DNA of 64,000 bases, from contig CM075989.1 of the NCBI GenBank assembly GCA_038087875.1, positions 10,478,001 through 10,542,000 on the forward strand. The letters run 5' to 3'. The notes under the pieces were generated by a model that made no database searches, was not told the origin of the DNA, and worked only from the letters and a program-made list of their open reading frames with translations. Positions 23,981 to 35,845 of this stretch are shown here, piece by piece. The position numbers and the translations under genes were made by a program. How positions within the stretch are numbered: the stretch's first letter is position 1; the number at the start of each line of letters is the position of its first letter. The DNA comes from Malacoraja senta. Lineage: Eukaryota.

Positions 23981-26100
23981 ATTCCAGAGAGGGAATTGGA
24001 TAAATAGTTGAAGAAAAACAGAGCCTGGGTGAAATAGAACTGAATAGCAATATCCACAATATAATTCAACATGGGCTTGATGGGCCAGTTGATTTCCTTC
24101 CATGCTACAATGGATCTAAAACACTGTAAGAATATGAGAGAAATATAAACGTAGAAATACTTTGAATATTTGAGATGAAATAGGTGGAATGGGAGGGGAT
24201 CCGTGTGAATGGCAGTACTGATTAGTTGGGTCGAATTATCTGTTTCTGTGGAGTAACGTTTAGTGTAGTTTCGTATGTAATTTTAAATGGCTTGAGGAGG
24301 AGTCTTTCCACGGTCCATAAGCTAATGTGTTATTTTCAAATGACACATATTTTCTGTTTGTATTTCCAATTTCAACAATAGGTTGCTTTTTTTTGTAATC
24401 TCAAGAAGTCACAATGACTTCATAGTCGACTTGAATAAAACAATAAAGAAGTTGCCACGACAAGGAACTAAGAAATTAATCATAAAGCAGGAGCTTTGCT
24501 TTTGGCACAAGCTTGGACCAAAATTAAACTAGCAAACATCTCCTCTTATGAGGTCCTCTTTCAAAAAAAAAATCAAATTGACAAACTATTTTGCAGGGGA
24601 TAGGATGCACCATTTCCCACACAGTCCCAGTGTTGGGATGTCTTGCCAGAAAAATTCACAAAGAATTTTATCAAAATACTTAAGTGCAAAGTATAATGGG
24701 AATGTTAGCTGACCATAAGGTATGGGCTGATCAATGAATAACATCAATCAACGGCAACTTTGAGTTATACAGCACGTATTATAATATAAAATTACTAAAG
24801 AGGTTCAGAGGAGCTGAATCAAACAAAATTTGGATCTAAGCCAAATAAGGAAAGCTGACTAAAACCAAGATGAAATAATTTGATTTTGAAAACCATTTCG
24901 AAGAAGCAAAATGAGGTGGAGAGACACAAAGATTTTAAGAGGAATTTCCAGAGTTTGGGTCCCTGGTAGCCAAAGAGGTCGCTACCAGTGTTGTACTGAT
25001 AGAAATTGTAAAAAAAAAGGTTGAGCCCAGGAATGGAGTTCAGACATCTCAGAGGGAAATATTACAGTGATAGGGGTGAGACCAGAGAGATATTTGAAAA
25101 CTCACAGAACCATAGTAAAATATCACACTGCCAATTGTCACTTAGGCCATTGTACTTTATACTAGTGTTGTTTGGGAGAACTATCCAATACGGATAAGAA
25201 TTTTTAACTTAACTGTAACAGAACTGCAATCAAATAATAGGTCCCTCGCAGTACCTCAATATACTCACCATTGCTAAACATTAGACTTTTCATTGCATTT
25301 TATTTGAATTGACTCATGAAAGCTTTGTGCTATTTAAAGTGCACTAGCCTGTTAATCTGGGCTGTGTGGTGCAAATGTTCATTTTATATGTTACATTATT
25401 CCCATTAATGAAATTTATTCTCCATGTTCTAACTCACCCTATTTTTCTCAATATTAAGCATTTGCATGATGCACAAGTCTGTGATAGAACACTCCTACCC
25501 CTGAGTTAGCTGTGGGTTCAAGTCCCACCTTGGTGACTTGAGTGTGGAAATTTAGGCTGTGAGGATTGCATACTGTCAGTGGTGACACAAGAGACTGCAG
25601 ATGCTGCAACCTGGAGCAAAAAAAAACTGCTGGTGGAACTCAGCATGTTGAGCAAAATCTGTGGAGCCAAAGAGATAGTCAACATGTTGGGTCAAGACCC
25701 TGCTTCAGGAATAAGAGTGGTGCTGCTTTTAGAGTGACATGTTAAAACTTTGTCCCAGGCTGCTCTTACAAAGATACCTTTGCTTCGATGGAGAGGAATA
25801 TTCACTTGCCATTATTTAATCATATCACAAAAAAAAGCTGATAACCTGGATGTATCTTCAACATTACAGCTCTGAGAGTAATGAGCATAATTTTTCTGCT
25901 TAAGCTTTGGAATGGAACCAGAACATTCTGATATAGAGGGGGTGTGGTAAACAATGAGGCACGGCTACGACAAGAGATGGAGCACGTAAGCATTTGTGAT
26001 GGTAAATGCACAGTCACGTCTTTCAATACATTATCTGCTAAAAGTGATTAAGCGTGAACGCAGGACTTATTTGCACAAGATAATAGGGATAATATACTTA

Positions 26101-26532
26101 AGGGCCTGTCCCACTTTCACGACTTAATTCAAAACATCTGCCGAGTTTAAAAGACCTAAAAAAAAAATCAAGATCGTGGTAATCTACGAACTCCTACGAC
26201 CTTCCACAACTATGTTCACGAACTCCTACGAACTCCTACGAGTATGTCGACGAATTCCCACGACTATTTTGATGCCCTCCTTACGAGTAAAGAGTTGCAA
26301 TTTCTTTCATCCCGACCATTTTTATACTCGTGGACATTTTTTATCGGGCTGGAAGAAATGTCCCGACTTACCTGATGCCACGAGTACCTACAGCTGGCAT
26401 AACGAGCTGCTACGATATATCTCCGAACTCCTACAACCTCCTACGGACTCGTTACGAACATTATGCGAGTTTGAATCAAGGGGAAAACTCGGGAGAATTT
26501 GTGAATTACCTCGTGAAAGTGGGACAGGCCCT
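26101..26532. mobile_element. PIF/Harbinger (Tourist-like) MITE, 432 bp
   Basis: Perfect TIR agggcctgtcccactttcacga / tcgtgaaagtgggacaggccct. TTA target duplication at 26098-26100 and 26533-26535. Internal cctacga repeats. Confidence 0.92.
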
Positions 26533-28768
26533 TTACTCAATATGAGCTGTGCTGCTACACCTTCAACCTTAGCTGAGCCACCAGCTCAACATCACTGCAT
26601 TGCCCAATTCATTTCTGCAGGATTCTACAAACGCACAAACAATATGAAATTCATTTGCACTTAGTTAAGCTCTTTTGTGTCTCAGGATAAATTTATGTGT
26701 ATTGGGAGAATTTAGAATCTTTTTACACAGAGGGTAGTGCATTCGTGGAATGCATTGCCAGGGATGGTGATGGAGGCAGATACGATCATGGTATTTAAAA
26801 GAGGCTTTTAATTAGGCACATGGATTTTCATGGAATGCAGGGATATAGATCACTTGCAGGCCGAGGAGTTTAATTTAACGGCTACATTTTCAGCATGAAC
26901 ATTGTGGTCTGTAGGGCCTGTTCATGTGCTACACTGTTCTACATTCTGAAACTTCAGGTCATTGATTAGAAGTAAGGTGCCACCTATTAAAACGTTCTCA
27001 GGGGATTGAGAACTTTTGGAATATTTTTTTTGAGGGCACTGGAAGCAGAGTCTTTGAATAATTTTAAGGCCGAGCGAGATGGATTCTTGATAAACAAGGG
27101 CGTGAAAGATTACTGGAAATGGAGGAGAATGCAGGGTTGATCTTGTTAAATGGCAGAGAAGGCTTGAGGGGCTGAATGGCTGCCTGCTAATTTTATTGCT
27201 TATTTGAATTTGAATTAAATAGTAGAGCAGGTCTGAGTGGAGATTTGGTCCACTCCAGCTCCTAGTTGTAATGTTCTTGGGAAGAGCAAAGCAATCTCAG
27301 GGGTTTACAGAGCTGGGAAAGATAGGAAGCGTCTGAGCAACAATAATCATCAGAGCAGTACATAATAGAGAATAGAGACGGCAGTGCCAAAACTGAATGT
27401 GAATACTTGGCTTTTATTGGGAGGGTGGGTAATGCTCAAGTTCTTGCATTCAATAATAAACATGCTCTGTGTTCAAGCATTTCAACTCAAATCTTGGACC
27501 ATTACAAAAGCTAAATAATTGCTTATATTAAGTGTATATTTTTTGCAAGTGTTTTGCAGCATAATTGGAAACAGTCATGTCCCACAGCTTGGAGCAGAAC
27601 ACTTGGTCTGCTATGGAGTTCCGTGATACTTGCTGCTGAAAATTTAGAAGAGGATCAACCTTATCACAGTTATCAGTCTACATGTCATTTGCAATGGATT
27701 TAGGATTGACGCTTCGTTGCTCTTGGGACCCTTGTTGAAAGGCTACCTGTACCTTAGACAAAATGGCCAGCAATGCCATGCTAAGTTGAGGCAGTGAATG
27801 ACATTGAGTATTGGACTATGGAGACATCACAATGATGATCTTAACCTTCCTGACAGTGAACGCATATGGTTCTCAATCAGAATTAAGAAAAATGGAGATG
27901 CTGGAAATCTAAAATAACATTATGTCGAAAAAACTCAGTGGCATCTGACAAAAGCATAACAGTGGTCAAAGACCCCTCAATTTCAATCTGAAACATTAAC
28001 TGTGTTTCACTTTCCACAAATATTGCAAACTCTTGAGTGTTTCCAACATTTTCTGTTTTGCTTCCCATGAAGAGATGGTCTAGGATTGGAGGACCTTTTG
28101 AAAGAAAAGGTTCCTCCTTATTTCAATTTTAAATGGGCATTGCTTAATGCTGAGATAATGCCACTTAGTTTTAAATCCCACCCCACTAAGGGAAACAGCA
28201 TCTTAGCATCAACCTTATCGAGGATCTTACGAAGCATAAATGTTTCATTAAGATCATCCCTCATTCTTACAAATTCTAGTGTTTAGGCCCAGTCTGTTTA
28301 ACCTACAATCCCTTCGTCCCAGTGGGTATTTACTGCTTTAATGAACTTTATCCCTAAAAGGGAAGCCAAAACTGTACTCAGTACTCCCAATGTGGTCTCA
28401 GCTACAGCCTGTGAAGTTGTAGATTTACCTCCCTTCTCGTATCTACCTTGCAATGAAAAAATATGTACTTTGAGTTATTAATTACTTGCTATATCTGTAG
28501 ATTAGCATTCAGTGTTTCCATTCTTGCTATGAAATTCTCTGTACAGCAGTCTTCAGCTGCTTCCACATTTTTCTCCAAGATGTTCCTAAGTCTTTTACAG
28601 CCAACGAAGCACAATTTTGGGTGTAGCCACCGTTGAAGTGTAAGAAATGTGCCTTATTAAAATTTATTTATTCATTGGATGTCACACGTAGTACCAGCAT
28701 TTATTGCCCATCCCAAATTTCCCCTGATCTGTGGAAGCATATTGGTAGGCATGGTGTCACATATAAGT

Positions 28769-29597
28769 CAGACCTCCAGATTCAGGGACAGTTTCTTCCC
28801 AGCTGTTATCAGGCAACTGAATCATCCTACCATAACCAGAGAGAAGTGCTGAACTACTATCTACATCTTCGGACTATCCTTGATAGGACCTTGCACTAAA
28901 CGTTATTCCTTTATCATATATCTATATACTGTAAATGGTTCGATTGTAATCATGTATTAGATACATAGATACATAGAAAATAGGTGCAGGAGTAGGCCAT
29001 TCGGCCCTTCGAGCCTGCACCGCCATTCAATATGATCATGGCTGATCATCCAACTCAGTATCCCGTACCTGCCTTCTCTCCATACCCCCTGATCCCCTTA
29101 GCCACAAGGGCCACATCTAACTCCCTCTTAAATATAGCCAATGAACTGGCCTCAACTACCCTCTGTGGCAGAGAGTTCCAGAGATTCACCACTCTCTGTG
29201 TGAAAAAGTTTTTCCTCATCTCGGTCTTAAAGGATTTCCCCCTTATCCTTAAGCTGTGACCCCTTGTCCTGGACTTCCCCAACATCGGGAACAATCTTCC
29301 TGCATCTAGCCTGTCCAACCCCATAAGAATTTTGTACGTTTCTATAAGATCCCCTCTCAATCTCCTAAATTCTAGCGAGTATAAGCCAAGTCTATCCAGT
29401 CTTTCTTCATATGAAAGTCCTGACATCCCAGGAATCAGTCTGGTGAACCTTCTCTGCACTCCCTCTATGGCTATAATGTCCTTCCTCAGATTTGGAGACC
29501 AAAACTGTATGCAATTACTGTCTTTCTGCTGACTGGATAGCATGCAACAAAAGGTTTTCACTGTACCTCGGTACACGTGCCAATAAACTAAACTAAA
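28769..29597 (+). mobile_element. Rex1/Babar-type 3' fragment split by a HER1 insertion
   Basis: TSRFRDSFFPAVIRQLN at about 28770-28822. The tail resumes after 29515 (gtctttctgctgactgg...caataaactaaactaaa). Confidence 0.8.
28958..29515 (-). mobile_element. Young 5'-truncated HER1/CR1 LINE (twin of 9051-9612)
   Basis: ORF 29055..29576. About 7 substitutions versus the 9051 copy by visual alignment. Confidence 0.95.
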
Positions 29598-31250
29598 TGG
29601 AAGGATTGTAAGTGAACCAGATGAGATTTTAGTTTTATGATTTAAATCAATTAATTGAATTTAAATGGAATTTAAAAGTCTATGGTACGATTTTATTCAT
29701 GTCTTCACATTAGTTGCCCATAGCTACAACAACCTAGTCACTACACTATCATGCTCATGCTATTTGTGCACAGCAAGCTCCCATCAACCACTTGCTCTTC
29801 CTCCCTTCCTTCCAACATTTTCCATTTTATTTTCTATTTGTAGCCCTGGTTGGCTCTCTACTGCTTAATCCAGGGTTCTGACGTAAAATGTATTGAGTCT
29901 AACTAACTGTACTGAGATGAGTAGTATTTGTGAGGATGGAGACCCACTTAGTCCCTTTTCACCAAATAAATTATCAATGGAGCAACTTTGTAATTCGTCC
30001 TTTAATTTGTAGATGGTGAAGGACTCTGTGGGAAAACCTGGGAAACTAATTTTTAATGATGTTTTTTCAAACCAGTTGCATGCGATAGTCGGGAACAGAA
30101 GAGAAAAATCTGCATCAGTAGACAGCCCCTACATCTAATCTATAAAGAAAAGCTTGCAGGCACCAGGGAGCTCATCTCCACCATGACAAAGTCTGGTGCT
30201 GTTGAAAGGAAAAAAAGGAACTGTAAAGAAAAATCAGCAAATGACTTTAAACAGGAAAAGCATGGAGACAGGAGAGGCATGAGATAACAGGCTATGGTAC
30301 AGAACACACACAGACCAGCCGAGGCAGAAGCAATATCTTTCCCCGCTGCAGCCTCAGTGACGCTAGGTCTGTAAGAGGATGGCAGTTAAAAAGGAGCTAT
30401 TCCAAAACAACATAATTTAAAGTTCACTGAACATTTCTCAGACTTTTAAAAGTCGTCTTTCAGAAAAGATAAGCAAGGCCCAGGAGATTTCCACCAGCCA
30501 GTGGCTAATGTGCAGTCAATCACTTTTGCTGCTATTTCCTGAAATGCTGACTTTCTTAAGTGCTAATTAAACCTTATTTGGTGCAGTAGCCAGCCAGCCA
30601 TCAGTTGTGAATGTTCAGACCCTGCCGTGTCAAAAACTCTCTGTAAATGAGACCCCTTCCCAAGCCTGGTGCACAATGAAGAGGCTGAGAATTGTTTGGT
30701 AACCTTGTTCAGTTTTGTTGTCCCACATGTGCTACAATTGATGTCACTCGTGTGCATTTAGAACTGTACCTCACTGTCCCTCAGCGTCGCATTCTTTAGC
30801 AGGTGTTTCATTCTGTGGACCAGGACTGGCAATGTCCACAGATCAAATTTCTCAGCCCCTTTAATGTAATCGAGCACAAGGATTGGAAGGGCTCTAATTT
30901 ACAGAGGATTTTTGACCCAGCAACATCTAAACACTCATCACTTATGACTGGTTACTGCACCCATTAAGGTTATTATTGAAGTAAAACAGAAGCTATAAAT
31001 GAACCCAGATCCATTGACATCTGGCAGAGGGATTGGCAGGTTCATGTTCTGGTGAAAGCTCCTCACTTAAACTCTAGCACCTCTGCCGAGAATGCTATCT
31101 ATTGATGTTTATGACCCCCACCTAGATTCTGATAATTTTATTTGTTTTAAGTATATTGTGAAATTTCTTATGAAATCTTTAGGTCATCTTTTAGGTTTGA
31201 GTTGTCTCTGTTAATATTCATGGAACATCTAGGCATATTCATGCCATCCA

Positions 31251-31603
31251 GGACGACAGATGGCGCAATGGGCTAAGTGTTCGGCTGGCAACCGGAAGGT
31301 AGCCGGTTCGAATCCCGCTTGGAGTGCATACTGTCGTTGTGTCCTTGGGCAAGACACTTCACCCACCTTTGCCTGCGTGTGAATGTGTGTGAATGTGTGT
31401 GAGTGATTGGTGGTGGTCGGAGGGGCCGTAGGCGCAGATTAGCAGCCACGCTTCCGTCAGTCTGCCCCAGGGCAGCTGTGGCTACAGAAGTAGCTCACCA
31501 CCACCGAGTGTGACTGAGGAGTGAATGAATAATGCGATGTAAAGTGCCTTGAGTATTAGAAAGGCGCTATATAAATCCAATCCATTATTATTATTATTAT
31601 TAT
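31251..31603 (+). mobile_element. Full-length young tRNA-derived SINE with CORE-like segment and L2-type tail
   Basis: A box TGGCGCAATGG at 31261-31271, B box GGTTCGAATCC at 31305-31315, gtgtccttgggcaagacactt, tail tgtaaagtgccttgag...aaggcgctatataaat and (ATT)n. Confidence 0.92.
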
Positions 31604-31850
31604 CTCTGATTGGGAACCGTGTGATCGGAACAAAACTCACTAGACTAATCTGATGCTGCAATCTTGGCTAATTACTTGCTTGTTTAGGATATCTGTGCAC
31701 TCCTGACCAGCTCAACGGTTGCATTTGTAAAGTAACATTAAGTGGTAAAACCTCCCAAGTTGCTTTGCATGTTGACCTATTAGGCACGTTTTGCTAGTGC
31801 ATCATATGGAGATATTAGGATTAGTGATCAAAAACTTGCTCAGAAGATTT

Positions 31851-32378
31851 AACATAGAAAATAGGTGGAGGAGGAGGCCATTCGGCCTTTGAAGCCAGCG
31901 CCGCCATTCATTGTGATCGTGGCTGATCATCCACAATCAGTAACCGTGCCTGCCTTCTCCCCATACCCCTTGATTCCGCTAGCCCCAAGAGCTCTATCCC
32001 ATTCTCTTTTAAATTCATCCAGTGAATTGGCCCCCACTGCCTTCTGTGGCAGAGAATTCCACAAATTTACAACTCTCTGGGTGAAAAGGTTTTTTCTCAT
32101 CTCAGTTTTAAATGGCCTCCCCTTTATTCTTAGACTGTGGCCCCCTAGTCTGGACTCCCCCGACATTGGGAACATTTTTCCAGCATCTGGTTTGTCCAGT
32201 CCTTTTATAATTTTATATGTTTCTATAAGATTCCGTCTCATCCTTCTAAATTCCAGTGACTACAAGCCCAGTCTTTCCAATCTTTTCTTCATATGACAGT
32301 CCCGCCATCCCGGGGATTAACCTCATGAACCTACGCTGCTCTCCCTCAATAGTAAGGATGTCCTTCCTCAAATTAGGA
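31851..32378 (-). mobile_element. CR1/HER1 subfamily 3' fragment
   Basis: ORF 31927..32241 LIETYKIIKGLDK...QRVVNLWNSLPQ...GYGEKAGT. Confidence 0.92.
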
Positions 32379-33279
32379 TGGGTTTACTTTTCATAAAGTT
32401 AATAATTGTTTCATAGAGATGTAATGCACAAAAGAAGGTTGTTTATCCCATCATATTCATACCAGTTCAAAGATCCTCCACCATAATCCCAGTTTACATT
32501 TGTAGATTATGATGCATGAAGTATTTTTTTTAATTGGATGTGTTTCTGCTTCAATCAGCCAAGCAGGCAATAAACCTCTGTGTGAGTGCTCTGTCTCTAT
32601 AGGAAATGTTTACAGGGATATGGGCCGAATGTGGGCAAGTGGGATTAGCATACGTAGATGGGGCATATGGTCGGCCTCCATAAAATGGGCCAAAGGGCTT
32701 GTTTCTGTGCTGAATGACTATGACAATCTTTTACCAATTATCTTAAATATATGGCCTCTGATTATTAAACTAGTATAAAAGAAAATAGGACCTCATTTTC
32801 TACTCAAGCCAACTCCTCAGTTAAATCTCCACTCAGCCATCTCTACTCTAAGTCAGGCCAGCCATTCCTTGGTACTAAAGTTTTCTAATCATGACAATAT
32901 TTTTCCTCTTTCTAGTTTTACTGGGCATGTCAGAGGTAAAGTGGCAGCAAAGCTTAGGATGGGAATTCCAGATCTCAGACCACGTTCATCCGATGACATT
33001 TCTGCCAATAGTCGAGTAAGGAAGTGAGAAAGAAGTTAGTACAGTTCTATAAATGGAGGGTTGGAGGAGGTTGTGGATAGTAGGTAGAGAGACATTTGAA
33101 AATCAGGATGGGTATTACAAATAGAGGATGTGTATATTTGACAAGTAGAGGTAATGGAGCACAGATCTGAGTATAAGCCTGATTTCTTCTTAATATAGAA
33201 CCACTTCACATTATAACGCATGCAGTCTGAGTTGTAAAGGAAAATCTCATCTATCCCTCAAAGCAATAAGCACTCATAT

Positions 33280-33540
33280 TTCCATAGTGCACTTCATGAT
33301 TTTGGGACATCTACAAATATTACAACTTATTGAGTACTTTTGAAGCATAGTCATTGAAAACACTACAACCATTTTTTTCCAAGCAAGCTCCACACGGCAA
33401 ATTTGTAGTAACTAAATAGTCTGTGTTGGTGCGCAGGATTGATTAAAAGACAAATATTGGCCAGGACTCAGGAGCTAATCCCCTGCTCTTCTTCAGCATA
33501 TTCCTGTGGGGCCTTTAACATCCCTGACAGAGTAGGCTGA
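33280..33540 (-). mobile_element. Deu-domain SINE (SacSINE1-like) remnant
   Basis: Minus strand gaagaagagcaggggattagctcctgagtcctggccaatatt matches the recalled Deu central domain. Confidence 0.65.
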
Positions 33541-33781
33541 AAAAGCCAAATAGCAACTATTCTATATTAAAGATATTCTTGGAAAGGGTGTGTTTGCTGA
33601 GCAATTGCTTCCAAGAGCTAAAATGAGTCAGAGACTGCCCAATGAGATAAAGGGATTTGTATTTATAATAATAATCGGCCTGCTCAGAAATATCTCGCTT
33701 TCAAGGACCGACTGTTAATCTTAACTTTGATTGACCAGAGCAAGCTCTGGATATTGAAAGCTTTCAAAGGTTTCAATATCC

Positions 33782-33928
33782 AGGGGCTAGTGGAGTCAAG
33801 GGATATGGGGAGAAGGCAGGCACGGGTTATTGATTGGGGACGATCAGCCATGATCACAATGAATGGTGGTGCTGGCTCGAAGGGCCAAATGGCCTCCTCC
33901 TGCACCTACTTTCCATGTTTCTATGTTT
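33782..33928 (+). mobile_element. CR1/HER1 3' end inserted into the tail of the adjacent retroposon
   Basis: ggatatggggagaaggcagg...ccatgtttctatgtttc, with tttcaaagg present on both sides (33762 and 33926). Confidence 0.88.
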
Positions 33929-34560
33929 CAAAGGTCTTTTATTGTCACGTGTACCAATTAAGGTACAGTGATAAGCGAATTACCATACAGCCATACGGAA
34001 AAAAAAGCAATAAGACACACAACTACATAAAAGTTAACATAAAAATCACCGCAGCGGATTCCCCACATTCCTCATGGAAATCAAAATAGTCCAATCTTCT
34101 TCCTCTATTCTCCCGCGGTCGGGGCAGTCAAACCATCCGCAATCAGGGCGATCGTAGCTCCCACAGCCAGCGGTCGAAACCCCCCGTCGGGCGATCGAAG
34201 CTTCCTCGATCAGGGCGGTTGAAGCTCCTGCGGCTTGGAGTTCCCCAAAATCGGTTTCTAACCGGAGCTCCACGATGTTAAAGTCCGCAGGCACCCATGG
34301 TGGAGCTCCCGGTCGATCTCCAGCAAAGGACGCCAACCCCTCGAAGTTGGGCCGCAGTGCGGACAGAGATACGATACGCAAAAACATTGCATCTCTGTCA
34401 AGGTAAGAGATTAGAAAAAATCTCCCCCAACTCCCCCCTCCCCCCTCCCCCCTCCCCCCACCCCCTCTCATTAAACGAGCTAAAGAACACTAAAAACATC
34501 CATTTAACACATACAATTTAAACACAAAGAAGGAAGGGACAGACAGAGTGTTGGTGAGGC
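33929..34560 (-). mobile_element. CpG-rich non-autonomous retroposon (family copy 2)
   Basis: Plus strand shows tttattgtcac, a GC-rich body with ggagctccacgatgtt, a C-tract at 34425-34465 and gacagacagagtg near the 5' end. Confidence 0.8.
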
Positions 34561-34689
34561 AAGAGGTCAGCCTGCCTGCTTGTCCTTACTTAATAGGTGG
34601 GGAAGTTCACAATTATGTTTATAATGTAAGACCATCGGCACCCAGCCCTGGATGTGCTCCTATTGCAAACACAAAGTCTAACCACTTGT

Positions 34690-35845
34690 CATTTGATCTG
34701 ACTCGATGACTAGTAAGGGCCTGGTCATCAGGTGCAAAGTGCTCTTGGTGTTGCTGTACTTGGTGCAGGTGTGAAACTTTCCACTTCGTCTGTGAGTCCA
34801 AGACGGAAAACATCTGAAGGGTAACTGCTCTTCCCCAGACAACAGGAAGAAAAGTGTGCCGGATGTCACCTTGTCTTGTGAGCCCCCTTTGTGTGTGGTT
34901 GTTTCAAGTGACGTGGAGAACCGGAGTACACAAGCACCAAGTGTTATTATCCTTTGACATTCTACCTGTCCCCAGTGTGACAAAAGAGCTCCTATCTTTG
35001 TTTCCAAGCATTCCATTCCATTGGACATTGCCGCATTTCATTGAAAAATTATTTCTAGAAGATCGTTTGTCCACAAGTCCGCCAGGCAATGGTCAGCATG
35101 TAACCTTGTAGGCCCTGCAGGAGCAGAATGTAATGGATCCTATGGGATGATTGTCTGAGCAGAATCCCTCATCATCAAAACTTACCTACAAGCACCAAAA
35201 CCTTGACTGGCTGGCAACTGGGAAAAGCTCTCCGTCAGATCCTTCGTACATGGTGAGCATCTTACTGCCAATGCCCGCTATCCTCGGGAAGACTGATGAC
35301 GTGACTGCCGTCTACCTATTTGTGGACTACATTTGCAAAGAAGGCCTGCAAGAGGATGCAAGGTGCATTGTCGAGATTCATCCCACCCCAATCAACTGCG
35401 TAAGAGCAGGTTTTGATCCATGGACTGTTTTTGGGATGCATACCAAGACATGAACTGCTGCTCAAAGATCATTCAACTTGGTAAAAAATGCACTTTGGTC
35501 TGCGTGAAAATGCACTTTTCAGTACAACGAGATGTACGTGATGGAAGGTTGCTGACTAACACGTTCCAAGCTGCAGCAGCAGTATGTTTTTGAGGGATGT
35601 CCTGAAGTTTGATGCAGCCAATACAAAAGAATTGTGGGGAAGGACTGCAGTTTAAGGTTCTTCTGCCACAAGACATCGAGTGGCTGTCTTGTCTAATACT
35701 CTCTCAAATACTTGAAGTTTGTATTGTCCCAGAAAACCACTTTGTTGGCAATGGTACTCTGTACATACACTGTGCTACAAATGCATAGAACCAATTATGC
35801 TATGAACATATAGATGGAAAAACACTAAGAATATAAATAAAAACC
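34690..35845 (+). mobile_element. Old Tx1-like (L1-clade) LINE, ORF2 C-terminal remnant
   Basis: Degenerate translations TSKGLVIRCKVLLVLLYLVQV*, QNPSSSKLTYKHQNLDWL and NLVKNALWSA* resemble fish/shark Tx1 ORF2 motifs as recalled. Confidence 0.65.

Noticed and set aside
26184-26245. Short ctacgaactc direct repeats as a CRISPR-like or iteron array
   Set aside because: The units are 10-11 bp with no unique spacers and are internal to the Harbinger MITE.
26176-26664. 162-aa ORF as a possible transposase
   Set aside because: It runs through the MITE's internal repeats and out past the TIR. It has no DDE or Myb motif, and the second MITE copy lacks it.
30812-30841. Hairpin tctgtggac...gtccacaga as a pre-miRNA
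   Set aside because: The stem is only 9 bp, too short for a Drosha substrate, and matches no miRNA I recognise.
31251-31325. tRNA gene
   Set aside because: A and B boxes are present, but there is no acceptor stem pairing and the sequence continues into a SINE body and tail. The same applies to the heads at 42457 and 56055.
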